64,000 nucleotides of DNA from Anaerolineae bacterium (lineage in GTDB: Bacteria; Chloroflexota; Anaerolineae; 4572-78; J111), in the NCBI GenBank assembly GCA_020433805.1, contig JAGRBZ010000007.1:249-64248 (forward strand). The letters are read 5' to 3'. Below the pieces are notes generated by a model. That model ran no database searches. It was not told the origin of the DNA and worked only from the letters and a program-made list of their open reading frames with translations. Shown in pieces: positions 1 to 7,499 of this stretch. How positions within the stretch are numbered: the stretch's first letter is position 1; each line of letters begins with the position of its first letter. The translations under genes were made by a program, and so were the position numbers.

Positions 1-98
1 CACGGTCCCAGTGCCGGTTTAGTTGTATAGGCTTTTATACATTAAACTGTAGAATTTAGGGGAATAATGGAGAGATAAGCAGCGAATGAACGACCAAA

Positions 99-130
99 CT
101 GGGGCCACAAGGAATTTCTTGTGGCCCCAG
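99..130 (-). terminator. Perfect 13-bp GC-rich hairpin just downstream of the DEAD-box helicase stop (candidate terminator)
   Basis: ctggggccacaag-gaatttc-cttgtggccccag is a perfect inverted repeat. On the minus strand it is followed only by TTTGGTC, so the U-tract is weak. Confidence 0.45.
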
Positions 131-134
131 ACTT

Positions 135-1784
135 TTAGGCTCGCTCTACAGCTATGCGCTGTTTGCCGATGCGAAAAGAACCGGTTTTAGCCAGGACTTG
201 TCCTACAAACTGCTCCGGCACATCAACCAGGGTGTGTTGATCTTGAATGCGAATTTTACCAATGGCATTGCCGGGAATATCGGCATGATAGGCCAGTGTG
301 CCAACCACGTGGTTAACCTGCACCCCGTCGGCTTTACCGGCATCGAGCGATAGTTGAACCATACCGGCCTCTTGCGAACGGTCTTGAAAACGATCGTCTC
401 GGCGGCGGTTTCGAGAGCGGCGGTTCTGTTTACCGTTTTGCTTATCCCTATTTGGGCGCGACGGGCGTACTTCAGCAATTGGCTCGATAGGGCGCTGCTT
501 TTCTTCCGCCCGCGCTACTTTCAAAGCAGAAGCAGCAATATCGGCGATATCGAAGCCTTGTTCGATCAGTTCCGCCACAATTTCTTGCTCGCGGCGGCAG
601 CGATCGCGCCGCAGCCAAATGAGCATTTGTTCGACCAGTTGGGACTCACGGTGCTGTTTAATTTCGGGGATGGTCGGCAGCGTTGCTTGCGTGATGCTTT
701 GTTTGGTGTACGACTCAATTTTGCGCAGGAGCCACCGTTCGCGAGGTGTCACTATTGAAATCGCTACACCCTCTTTGCCGGCGCGCCCCGTTCGACCTAC
801 ACGGTGAACATACACCTCCGGCTCGGGCGGCAAGTCGAAGTTGAAAACGTGCGAAATGTCGTCGATGTCGAGGCCACGGGCGGCCACATCGGTTGCCACC
901 AGTACGGTAATTTGCTGCTGGCGAAATCGATCCAGCACACGCTCACGAGCATCCTGACTGAGGTCGCCGTTAAGCGATTCGGCAGGAAAACCGCGTACGG
1001 TCAGTTCGTTAGCCAGTTCGCCGGTACCAACCCGCGTTCGGGCGAAGATAAGGGCGCTGGTGATTGGCTCAACTTCAAAGAGGCGCGTGAGAGCAGCCAG
1101 CTTATCCGACTCATTAACCAGATAGTAGCGCTGCTCGACGGTTGAAACCGTAAGCTGACTTGCTTCAACCCTAAAGGAGTGGGGTTTGTGCATATATTGG
1201 TTAGCCAGACGGCGAATCTCTGCGGGTAGCGTGGCCGAAAAGAGCGCGGTTTGACGGGCCAGCGGTGTTGCTTCCAGAATAGCTTCAATATCTTCGATGA
1301 AGCCCATACTCAGCATCTCATCCGCTTCGTCGAGCACAACGGTCGAAACCTGGCTGAGATCAAGCGCTTTTTGCCGGATAAGGTCGAGCAGGCGTCCGGG
1401 CGTTCCAACCACAACATCAATCCCTTTCTTGAGGCGATTAATTTGGCGGCTGTACGACTGGCCCCCGTAAACGGGCAGCACCCGCACGTTTATAGCGCGT
1501 CCATATTGGTACATCGCTTGGGCGACTTGCATCGCCAATTCGCGGGTCGGGGCTAGCACCAACGCTTGCACGTGATCCTGATTGGCCTCTAAGTTGTGCA
1601 AAATGGGTAGCGAAAAAGCGGCTGTTTTGCCGGTTCCGGTTTGCGATTGAGCAATGATATCTTGGCCGGTCATCATCGTTGGAATAATGGCGGCTTGGAT
1701 GGGGGTGGGGGTGGTGTAGCCAAGGTCGGCTACGGTCTGCACCAACTCCGGATGCAGACTAAAACTAGAAAATTCGGTTGTCAT
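135..1784 (-). CDS. DEAD-box ATP-dependent RNA helicase with DbpA/DeaD-type C-terminal RNA-binding domain
   Basis: Motifs read in translation: TPTPIQ, Walker A AQSQTGTGKT, PTRELA, VLDEADEML (DEAD), SAT, HRVGRTGRAG. A basic R/K-rich linker precedes a C-terminal GMVQLSLDAGKADGV... domain. Start set at ATG 1784, preceded by AGGAGAAACT, rather than the longest-ORF start at 1826. Confidence 0.93.
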   Translation of the reverse strand: MTTEFSSFSLHPELVQTVADLGYTTPTPIQAAIIPTMMTGQDIIAQSQTGTGKTAAFSLPILHNLEANQDHVQALVLAPTRELAMQVAQAMYQYGRAINVRVLPVYGGQSYSRQINRLKKGIDVVVGTPGRLLDLIRQKALDLSQVSTVVLDEADEMLSMGFIEDIEAILEATPLARQTALFSATLPAEIRRLANQYMHKPHSFRVEASQLTVSTVEQRYYLVNESDKLAALTRLFEVEPITSALIFARTRVGTGELANELTVRGFPAESLNGDLSQDARERVLDRFRQQQITVLVATDVAARGLDIDDISHVFNFDLPPEPEVYVHRVGRTGRAGKEGVAISIVTPRERWLLRKIESYTKQSITQATLPTIPEIKQHRESQLVEQMLIWLRRDRCRREQEIVAELIEQGFDIADIAASALKVARAEEKQRPIEPIAEVRPSRPNRDKQNGKQNRRSRNRRRDDRFQDRSQEAGMVQLSLDAGKADGVQVNHVVGTLAYHADIPGNAIGKIRIQDQHTLVDVPEQFVGQVLAKTGSFRIGKQRIAVERA

Positions 1785-1900
1785 AGTTTCTCCTACTTGC
1801 GTGTTGAATCGTCTGTTGTGCAGCATGCGCCATAAGCGCTATGCCCCAGTTGTTAGCGAACAGCCGACCCTTCCCCGCAAGTATGAGCCACTCTGTTGCA

Positions 1901-1931
1901 ACAAAAACGCCCGATACGGAAAAATCGGGCG
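1901..1931 (-). terminator. Rho-independent terminator of the hydrolase gene
   Basis: cgcccgat-acggaaaa-atcgggcg forms a perfect 8-bp stem (1908-1931). On the minus strand it is followed by TTTTTGT (complement of 1901-1907). It lies about 100 nt downstream of the stop at 2033. Confidence 0.6.
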
Positions 1932-2032
1932 ACCACATTGAACAGCCAAAACAATATGTTATTAGAATATGTGCTCCGTTTCGGGAGCAACGAAGGTATT
2001 ATAGCATACTTTTGCAATTTGCATAGAATCAA

Positions 2033-2677
2033 CTAGCCCAACAAAAACGACCCGGTATGGTCGCCAATCAGAGGTAATTGATCGTTAAGCCGATGGTCCG
2101 AGTCAACTTCGATTAGCGTTACACTGTTGGGGTTGGCTGAGGCGTACTGACGGCTACCGGTGATAGGCACAACGTCGTCATTTCGACCGTGGATGATAAC
2201 CGTTGGCACAGGCGGATGAACCGGTTGATTATACTGCAATCGATCAAGATGAAATTGATAGCGGAGCGGCAGGTCAGCCTGAAGACCATCATGCCAAAGG
2301 GTGCGCACGCCTGAAATTTGCCATTGGGCCAACTCATTGGGCGCATAGCGATTGACACTGTAAAAGAGAGCAGGAGCCAACAGCAATAGTTTTCTAATGC
2401 CACCGTAACGATAGGCATAATGAAGAGCAACTTGACCACCGAGTGAACTACCGATGAGACTCGCTGCTTCAATTTGGTGATCAAGGATATATTGCCGCAG
2501 GCGGTTTATCTGTCCGGTAATAGTCATAAATTCAAAGTCGCGAGGCGTTGGGTTAAATTCAAGAGCGTGAAATTCGACATCGGGGTAGTTAGCCAACCGC
2601 TGCCGCAGGTAATCGGCTTTGGTTCCCTGCGCTGATGATAAAAAACCATGCAGAAAGAGAATTGTCTCGTGTGTCAT
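2033..2677 (-). CDS. alpha/beta-fold hydrolase (small esterase-like)
   Basis: LFLHGF oxyanion region, GSSLGG nucleophile elbow, HGRNDDVV and DSDHRL in Ser-Asp-His order. AAGGAGG Shine-Dalgarno lies upstream of the ATG. Confidence 0.8.
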   Translation of the reverse strand: MTHETILFLHGFLSSAQGTKADYLRQRLANYPDVEFHALEFNPTPRDFEFMTITGQINRLRQYILDHQIEAASLIGSSLGGQVALHYAYRYGGIRKLLLLAPALFYSVNRYAPNELAQWQISGVRTLWHDGLQADLPLRYQFHLDRLQYNQPVHPPVPTVIIHGRNDDVVPITGSRQYASANPNSVTLIEVDSDHRLNDQLPLIGDHTGSFLLG

Positions 2678-2701
2678 CCTCTGGCCTCCTTGACATTATA
2701 G

Positions 2702-2738
2702 AAACAAAAAACTGCTGCTTAGACCGCAACAGTTTTTG
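2702..2738 (-). terminator. Rho-independent terminator downstream of the tRNA cluster
   Basis: aactgctgc/gcaacagtt stem (one mismatch) is flanked by an A-run and a T-run. On the minus strand the hairpin is followed by TTTTTTGTTTC. It sits 15-50 nt beyond the 3' end of tRNA-Asp. Confidence 0.6.
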
Positions 2739-2753
2739 TTAAAGCTATGTGAG

Positions 2754-2826
2754 CGGGAGCGACGGGACTTGAACCCGCGATCTCCGGCTTGACAGGCCGG
2801 CGTGTTGACCACTACACCACGCCCCC
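2754..2826 (-). tRNA. tRNA-Asp (anticodon GTC)
   Basis: Reverse complement GGGGGCGTGGTGTAGTGGTCAACACGCCGGCCTGTCAAGCCGGAGATCGCGGGTTCAAGTCCCGTCGCTCCCG folds as a 73-nt cloverleaf. Anticodon loop is CTGTCAA and T-loop is TTCAAGT. CCA is not encoded. Confidence 0.93.
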
Positions 2827-2886
2827 AATTGAGTACCGATTAATATATTATAACGTCTATCAACCGATTTGGCAAAATTAACCAAA

Positions 2887-2957
2887 CTGGGGAACCAGGA
2901 TTCGAACCTGGATATACGGCTCCAAAGGCCGCTGTCCTACCATTAGACGATTCCCCA
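2887..2957 (-). tRNA. tRNA-Gln (anticodon TTG)
   Basis: Reverse complement TGGGGAATCGTCTAATGGTAGGACAGCGGCCTTTGGAGCCGTATATCCAGGTTCGAATCCTGGTTCCCCAG. It has the U1-A72 pair typical of bacterial tRNA-Gln, anticodon loop CTTTGGA and T-loop TTCGAAT. Confidence 0.9.
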
Positions 2958-2967
2958 CTATTTAAGG

Positions 2968-3040
2968 TGCCGAGGCCCAGACTTGAACTGGGGACCCTTT
3001 GATTTTCAGTCAAATGCTCTACCAACTGAGCTACCTCGGC
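2968..3040 (-). tRNA. tRNA-Phe (anticodon GAA)
   Basis: Reverse complement GCCGAGGTAGCTCAGTTGGTAGAGCATTTGACTGAAAATCAAAGGGTCCCCAGTTCAAGTCTGGGCCTCGGCA is a canonical 73-nt cloverleaf with anticodon loop CTGAAAA. Confidence 0.95.
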
Positions 3041-3099
3041 ATAAATAGTTTTAATTAAAACTAAAAGCTTTTTTGTTGCCAACTATATTCAATTTTAAC

Positions 3100-3133
3100 G
3101 ACCGGTAGTATAACATATTGCCTACTACCGGTC
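3100..3133 (-). terminator. Perfect 11-bp hairpin downstream of the integrase stop (possible terminator or protein-binding palindrome)
   Basis: gaccggtagta-taacatattgcc-tactaccggtc. There is no clear U-tract on either strand. Confidence 0.3.
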
Positions 3134-3189
3134 AAATTCTACCCCATTTGCTCCGATTAACCGGCATTAATTATGCTGTTCTTTTGCTC

Positions 3190-4278
3190 TTACTCTTCCA
3201 AACTGTCATCCGGATTTTTAGCACTATAGGCTCTCTTACGTTCAGGATCTTCGCTGTGGGCGTAAATACGCAGCGTCGTATTTGGAGACTTGTGCCCTGC
3301 CTGTTTGCTAACGTGATGAACGGCAATACCATTATTTAGACTGTGGGTAACATGGCTGTGCCGAATTTCGTGGAACTTGTATGGACCTATACAGGCTTCT
3401 TCTTGCCTAGCTTGCCATGCTTGATAGATACCATATTTTGTGAATGGCTTTTTGGACCAACCGTTTCCCTTTGTTCCCAAAAAAACCTGGCCGCCTATGT
3501 CTGGTCGACTTTTTAGCCACAATTCCAAGGAATGTTGGGCCTGCCGACCAAAATAGACGGTACGCTGCTCTTTTGTTTTGGAGGTTTTGGGTTGGATTAC
3601 CGCTTTACCTTCTTTCAGATAAAAGTCGCGCATCCGTAAACCGGCTACTTCGCCGATACGGCAGCCTGTGGCGTAGGTAAAGCGGAGGATAGCTAAATCA
3701 CGAACGGCCCGTTCATAAGGCAAACCGCGTTGTTGAGGTTCTAAATTGACACTAGCTTGTTCCAAATACTTGATCACTTTGACAAAATCTTGGGGGGCAA
3801 TAACACTGGCTTCAACTTTTGGAAGCTTGGGGCGTTCTATTTGCTCCATTGGGTTAAGAATAATGTAGCCAGCTTTTTGAGCCCACTTGAACCAAGCGTT
3901 AAGTCGGACCCAATATTCAGCCAGAGTAACTTTACTGTATTCTTCTTCATTCCGATAGATATCCAAGAATTGGTTCACTTGCTCTATTGTGGGCGGCCAT
4001 TGTGGGGCAAATTCGGCAAAACTAATTAGTAAAGAATGGTAGCAAGTAATTGTACTTTGACTGACCTCTTCACGCTTTTTGTGAGTCTTGAATTTGTCAA
4101 CTAAGACTACTGTAGGCATTGCTACCTGATTATTGAGAGGTTGATCGTGGATGGTACCCGTTTTGACGTCAACAACAACTTGCCTGCCTGGAAAGACCAG
4201 AGTCACCGTCTGATATACTAATGGCACCGCACAAAAATCAAACTGAACTTGTTCATGGCTTAAATGGGTAATATTCAT
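3190..4278 (-). CDS. tyrosine site-specific recombinase (phage-type integrase)
   Basis: Catalytic signature in order: ATGCRIGEV (Arg), HEIRHSHVTH (H-x-x-R), GHKSPNTTLRIYAH (Tyr). An N-terminal SAM-like core-binding region is present. AAGGAGA Shine-Dalgarno. It sits next to the tRNA cluster. Confidence 0.9.
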   Translation of the reverse strand: MNITHLSHEQVQFDFCAVPLVYQTVTLVFPGRQVVVDVKTGTIHDQPLNNQVAMPTVVLVDKFKTHKKREEVSQSTITCYHSLLISFAEFAPQWPPTIEQVNQFLDIYRNEEEYSKVTLAEYWVRLNAWFKWAQKAGYIILNPMEQIERPKLPKVEASVIAPQDFVKVIKYLEQASVNLEPQQRGLPYERAVRDLAILRFTYATGCRIGEVAGLRMRDFYLKEGKAVIQPKTSKTKEQRTVYFGRQAQHSLELWLKSRPDIGGQVFLGTKGNGWSKKPFTKYGIYQAWQARQEEACIGPYKFHEIRHSHVTHSLNNGIAVHHVSKQAGHKSPNTTLRIYAHSEDPERKRAYSAKNPDDSLEE

Positions 4279-4494
4279 TATTTTGTCTCCTTAATATGCA
4301 ATAACTTTTTCTGTTGAGGTAGAACTGGGGGATGGTGTATGTCATTGCATAAAAGTGAGCAATTCCTTTCGTTTGGTGCCAGTGATTGACGGTGTAACGA
4401 GAGGGCTTGAGTTGTCAAGTAGATCTTTGTCAAGATAGCAAACCCTTAGAGGTGGGCAGGGTACCGAAATACCCTGCCCTAAGCTGAATAGCGA

Positions 4495-4562
4495 CAAAAC
4501 AAAAAACGGCCACCCTCGCCATGCAGGCAGGAGTGACCGTCTGGTTATCTTTGAGCTACCAT
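4495..4562 (-). ncRNA. Candidate small RNA inside the repeat (consensus-like promoter plus intrinsic terminator on the minus strand)
   Basis: Minus strand has TTGACA (4592-4597), a 16-nt spacer and TATCAT (4570-4575). A 14-bp hairpin follows (plus-strand arms 4507-4520 and 4526-4539, one mismatch), then TTTTTTGTTTTG (4495-4506). The same elements are conserved in copy B. No expression evidence. Confidence 0.3.
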
Positions 4563-4579
4563 AAAAGCTATGATAGAAT
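4551..4579 (+). promoter_or_regulatory. Candidate sigma70-type promoter with extended -10, driving a structured leader of about 175 nt upstream of the STAS-GHKL gene
   Basis: TTGAGC (4551-4556), 17-nt spacer, TGA-TAGAAT (4574-4579). The identical hexamers occur in repeat copy B (38095-38100 and 38118-38123). Hairpins lie downstream at about 4593-4613 and 4621-4656. Confidence 0.35.
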
Positions 4580-4760
4580 AGACACCAGCCTTGTCAACTG
4601 CTAAACCCAGTTGGCGGGGTTAGCCGCCGGTGAGTGTTCGTAGCACTCGCCGGTGGCGACGTGGGGTTTGCCCTATTCAACTCTGACTATATGGTACTCC
4701 TTGAATGGAGATGGGTCAAGCCTTTTTCCTACATTGATTTAGACTCGCGAACCTGCTTTT

Positions 4761-5627
4761 ATGAACCCTCAAGTCATTTTTCTTCACCCTTTGAATAAAG
4801 AACTTACCGGTGTCGAAGACTTTTACCAGCAATTGATTCAATCGTCCGGAGCGGCAAGTTTTGCTCTTGATTTCGGTCGGGTAACATATATTCAACCTCA
4901 TTACCTTATGGCCCTAAATATTGGGGTTCGTTATCTATTTCACCACAGCAAAAGCCCGATAGGTTTAAGAAATCTGAATGACCAGGTATTGTCCTATCTA
5001 GAGCGCATGAATTTTTTTTCGATCAGCAGCCAATGGATTGAATTACAGGGGAAACTTCTTGAAGATACGTGGAACCGAAATCCCGACACAGATAACTTAC
5101 TGGAATTAACGACCATTGCCAGTGAGGATGACGTTGTACAAATTGTCGAAAGAACAAGACGTGTCTGCGCTCCCCTCAACCTCTCTAACCTGCCACAGAT
5201 ATTGCAAATCCTAAGCGAATTATGTAGCAATGCTCTATATCATAGTGGTGACAACAAAAGCTGCGCTTTAATCCAGCGATATTGGCAACAAAGAAAGCGC
5301 AAAAGACGCGTCGTATGTATTGCCATCGGAGACATGGGGTGTGGAATCCGCGGAAGTCTAGCCACGCGATTTGGCGAATTCGGCAATGAACAGAGCGATT
5401 ATTTATCAGCGGCGCTTGATGGTAAGACCTCACGAGAGACAGGACGAGGGGGCTTAGGCCTGTCTACCATCGAGACAACGGTTGATCAAGAAGGCGGATA
5501 TTTGTGGCTCAGGTCCGAAACTGCGGCGATTTTCAGCCGCGGAAAATATCAGCGCCGAATATCACCTTCACTTTCCGCTATTCCTGGCGCCCAAGTTGTC
5601 GTCGAGTTTAGCGCCCCAATGAAGTAA
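4761..5627 (+). CDS. STAS-like N-terminal domain fused to a GHKL (HATPase_c, RsbW/SpoIIAB-like) ATPase or kinase
   Basis: N-terminus reads FALDFGRVTYIQPHYLMALNIG...LRNLNDQVLSYLERMNFF (STAS-like). C-terminus has N-box ELCSNALYHS, G1 IGDMGCGIRGS and G2 GRGGLGLSTI. No obvious Shine-Dalgarno. Confidence 0.75.
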   Translation: MNPQVIFLHPLNKELTGVEDFYQQLIQSSGAASFALDFGRVTYIQPHYLMALNIGVRYLFHHSKSPIGLRNLNDQVLSYLERMNFFSISSQWIELQGKLLEDTWNRNPDTDNLLELTTIASEDDVVQIVERTRRVCAPLNLSNLPQILQILSELCSNALYHSGDNKSCALIQRYWQQRKRKRRVVCIAIGDMGCGIRGSLATRFGEFGNEQSDYLSAALDGKTSRETGRGGLGLSTIETTVDQEGGYLWLRSETAAIFSRGKYQRRISPSLSAIPGAQVVVEFSAPMK

Positions 5628-5661
5628 TTTGCTCTCCGATACAAAAATTTAGAAAGGCGAT

Positions 5662-5690
5662 TTGACAAATCCACTTTGATTGAGTAAATT
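5662..5690 (+). promoter_or_regulatory. Candidate internal promoter upstream of gene 2 of the cluster
   Basis: TTGACA (5662-5667), 17-nt spacer, TAAATT (5685-5690), inside the 130-nt AT-rich spacer between genes 1 and 2. Confidence 0.3.
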
Positions 5691-5757
5691 GTAGTTACGA
5701 TTTCACTAATTTTAAGTGAATTGACATATAGACACAGTGAATATTCAGGGAGAAAAA

Positions 5758-6348
5758 ATGATAGGATATAACATTAGTCAATTGCAAAATGAGATCGGTC
5801 TTACAAGTGGGCTATTCATTATGCGTTCCAAGGGGGAAAAGGCCTATCCTATTTTAGAAATGCAACTGCAGAGTATCCCTGAAAACGAAGCCCTGGTGGT
5901 GTGCTTTCCCGATGATCAATTAATGGATGTTTCTTTTGCCGATGAAACCATCATCCGGTTGGGCGAAGAAATCGCTGCCAACAAATTCGATCAACGACGT
6001 TTGCTACTGAAGGGATTAACGCCAGACAGCATTGTAAATATTGATCGAGCCATTCGCGGCCAGAAACTCAAACTAGCATTTATCCATATCACTTCCACGG
6101 GGAAGTGGGAGATTATCGGGCATCTTGAACCCAGCCTGCAAGAAGTGCTGGAAATGCTGGCCAACCGCGAGCGAATAACTGCTCCCGAATTGGTTCAAGC
6201 GTTAGATTTGGCTCTCAACACCGCTAATAATCGCCTCAAGAGACTTTTTAACCAGGGCCTCATTCAACGAGAATATGAGGTGTCGGACAAAGGGCTTCTG
6301 TACTATTACCGTTTTCCAATTCCTGTTTCAGATCGAGTTGACCTATGA
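5758..6348 (+). CDS. STAS-like (DUF4325-type) domain plus C-terminal winged helix-turn-helix protein
   Basis: LVVCFPDDQLMDVSFADETIIRLGEEI... has the pattern I recall for DUF4325 STAS-like domains. C-terminal ERITAPELVQALDLALNTANNRLKRLFNQGLIQREY looks like a MarR/wHTH. Start set at ATG 5758 after GGGAGAAAAA. Confidence 0.7.
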   Translation: MIGYNISQLQNEIGLTSGLFIMRSKGEKAYPILEMQLQSIPENEALVVCFPDDQLMDVSFADETIIRLGEEIAANKFDQRRLLLKGLTPDSIVNIDRAIRGQKLKLAFIHITSTGKWEIIGHLEPSLQEVLEMLANRERITAPELVQALDLALNTANNRLKRLFNQGLIQREYEVSDKGLLYYYRFPIPVSDRVDL

Positions 6349-7496
6349 CCAAAGATGCCGATACCCTCTTCAAATATCTTGTCGCTGGACTAATTGAAGC
6401 TGCTGAAACAGATTTTCGATATCCCTATCCGCCGCTCTGGCAGCAAGCTCTGAACATGCTGACTGCCTTCCAGATACGGCATCGGACACCTATACCCAAT
6501 ACACTTACCGGGACCTTGGCATTGTTAGAAGAGCCGATAGGCGAGTGGTGGCCTGGTGAGCTGCCTGAGGCCGTTACCGCTGAATTGGATCAGGATTTTA
6601 CTTTGCTTTTTGGGGGCCAGCCCGATGACTGGGCTTATGAGTTTTTAGAGTCAGAGGGTGTAGCTGGTATGGCAACACTAGCCCAATTTCAGGATGAGAT
6701 TACGCAAACAGGAATGAAGAGACTGCGTGATCTCTACCGGTCCAATGCTGACACTCTGGGTTACGTTTATGTTGTAACCCGTCGATTTATCGTCGAAAAT
6801 CCTGTTACAACCCTGGCAAACATTCAACAGACATTAGGCAATTTACCTCTAATTCGCCTCAAACAAGTGGCCGATTTTTATGAGGCTGAAGACGAATTTC
6901 TGAATGAAGCCTTACATCAAGGCCAGTTCTGGCGGTGTCCCCATTGTCAATCAATTCTGAATTGGGTCGATGGCACTCCCCGGTGTGAGCGTCACAGTGT
7001 GTGTGGCCGTCTTACAAGCGGCTATCGTGCCTGTAAGTTGTTAGCGCCAACAGGTAACTTACTACGATTAAAGCCGAGTATGGTGCGACGGGTGTGTGTC
7101 CCGGGTTTACCAGAAGTTGAGCTGTACGATTGGGCCAAAAATTTACAAACAGCGAATTCCGGACTGGTGAGTGTTTTCCTCTGGCCAGGGGTGGACCGGT
7201 ATGATCTCCAACTTTGTTTTGCCGACAACACCTCCTGGGCGATTGATGTGAAAGATTACGCCGATCCCATCAACCTGGGCCGGCGAGTCAGTAGCCAGTC
7301 GTTCTATAACCTAGGACAACTGCGCTGGGATCAAGGATATTACGTATTTCCTCAGTATCGCGTTGATTGGAATAAAAACTATGTTGAGCTGTTTAACCGG
7401 GCTGCCGAATTATCTATCCAAGTCAAGGGAGTCAGTGAAGTGGATTTCAAGAACCTGGTTATTCGCAAACTTGCTCAATTAACCGAGGACGCCTGA
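6345..7496 (+). CDS. Zn-ribbon plus PD-(D/E)xK restriction-endonuclease-fold protein (pPIWI-RE-associated REase-like)
   Basis: FWRCPHCQS...TPRCERHSVCGR (four-Cys ribbon). GVDRYDL...WAIDVKDY gives a D...D-x-K nuclease core. ATGA start/stop overlap with the upstream gene. Confidence 0.7.
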   Translation: MTKDADTLFKYLVAGLIEAAETDFRYPYPPLWQQALNMLTAFQIRHRTPIPNTLTGTLALLEEPIGEWWPGELPEAVTAELDQDFTLLFGGQPDDWAYEFLESEGVAGMATLAQFQDEITQTGMKRLRDLYRSNADTLGYVYVVTRRFIVENPVTTLANIQQTLGNLPLIRLKQVADFYEAEDEFLNEALHQGQFWRCPHCQSILNWVDGTPRCERHSVCGRLTSGYRACKLLAPTGNLLRLKPSMVRRVCVPGLPEVELYDWAKNLQTANSGLVSVFLWPGVDRYDLQLCFADNTSWAIDVKDYADPINLGRRVSSQSFYNLGQLRWDQGYYVFPQYRVDWNKNYVELFNRAAELSIQVKGVSEVDFKNLVIRKLAQLTEDA

Positions 7497-7499
7497 CCT

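Larger units (their letters stand above)
4452..4752. repeat. Direct repeat copy A (about 300 bp); partner at 37993-38295
   Basis: Manual alignment: the core from ...ccctaagctgaatagcgacaaaac... to ...ggagatgggtcaagccttttt matches copy B with about a dozen mismatches or indels over roughly 255 nt. Weaker similarity continues to about 4752. Confidence 0.9.

Noticed and set aside
2968-3040. tRNA-Phe as the att site of the island, with the 300-bp repeats as attL/attR
   Set aside because: The island lies on the 5' side of the tRNA, the repeats share no sequence with the tRNA, and the integrase lies outside the repeat-bounded segment.
2840-3082. 80-aa minus-strand ORF in the ORF track
   Set aside because: It is read straight through tRNA-Gln and tRNA-Phe. 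The tRNA cloverleaves explain the sequence.
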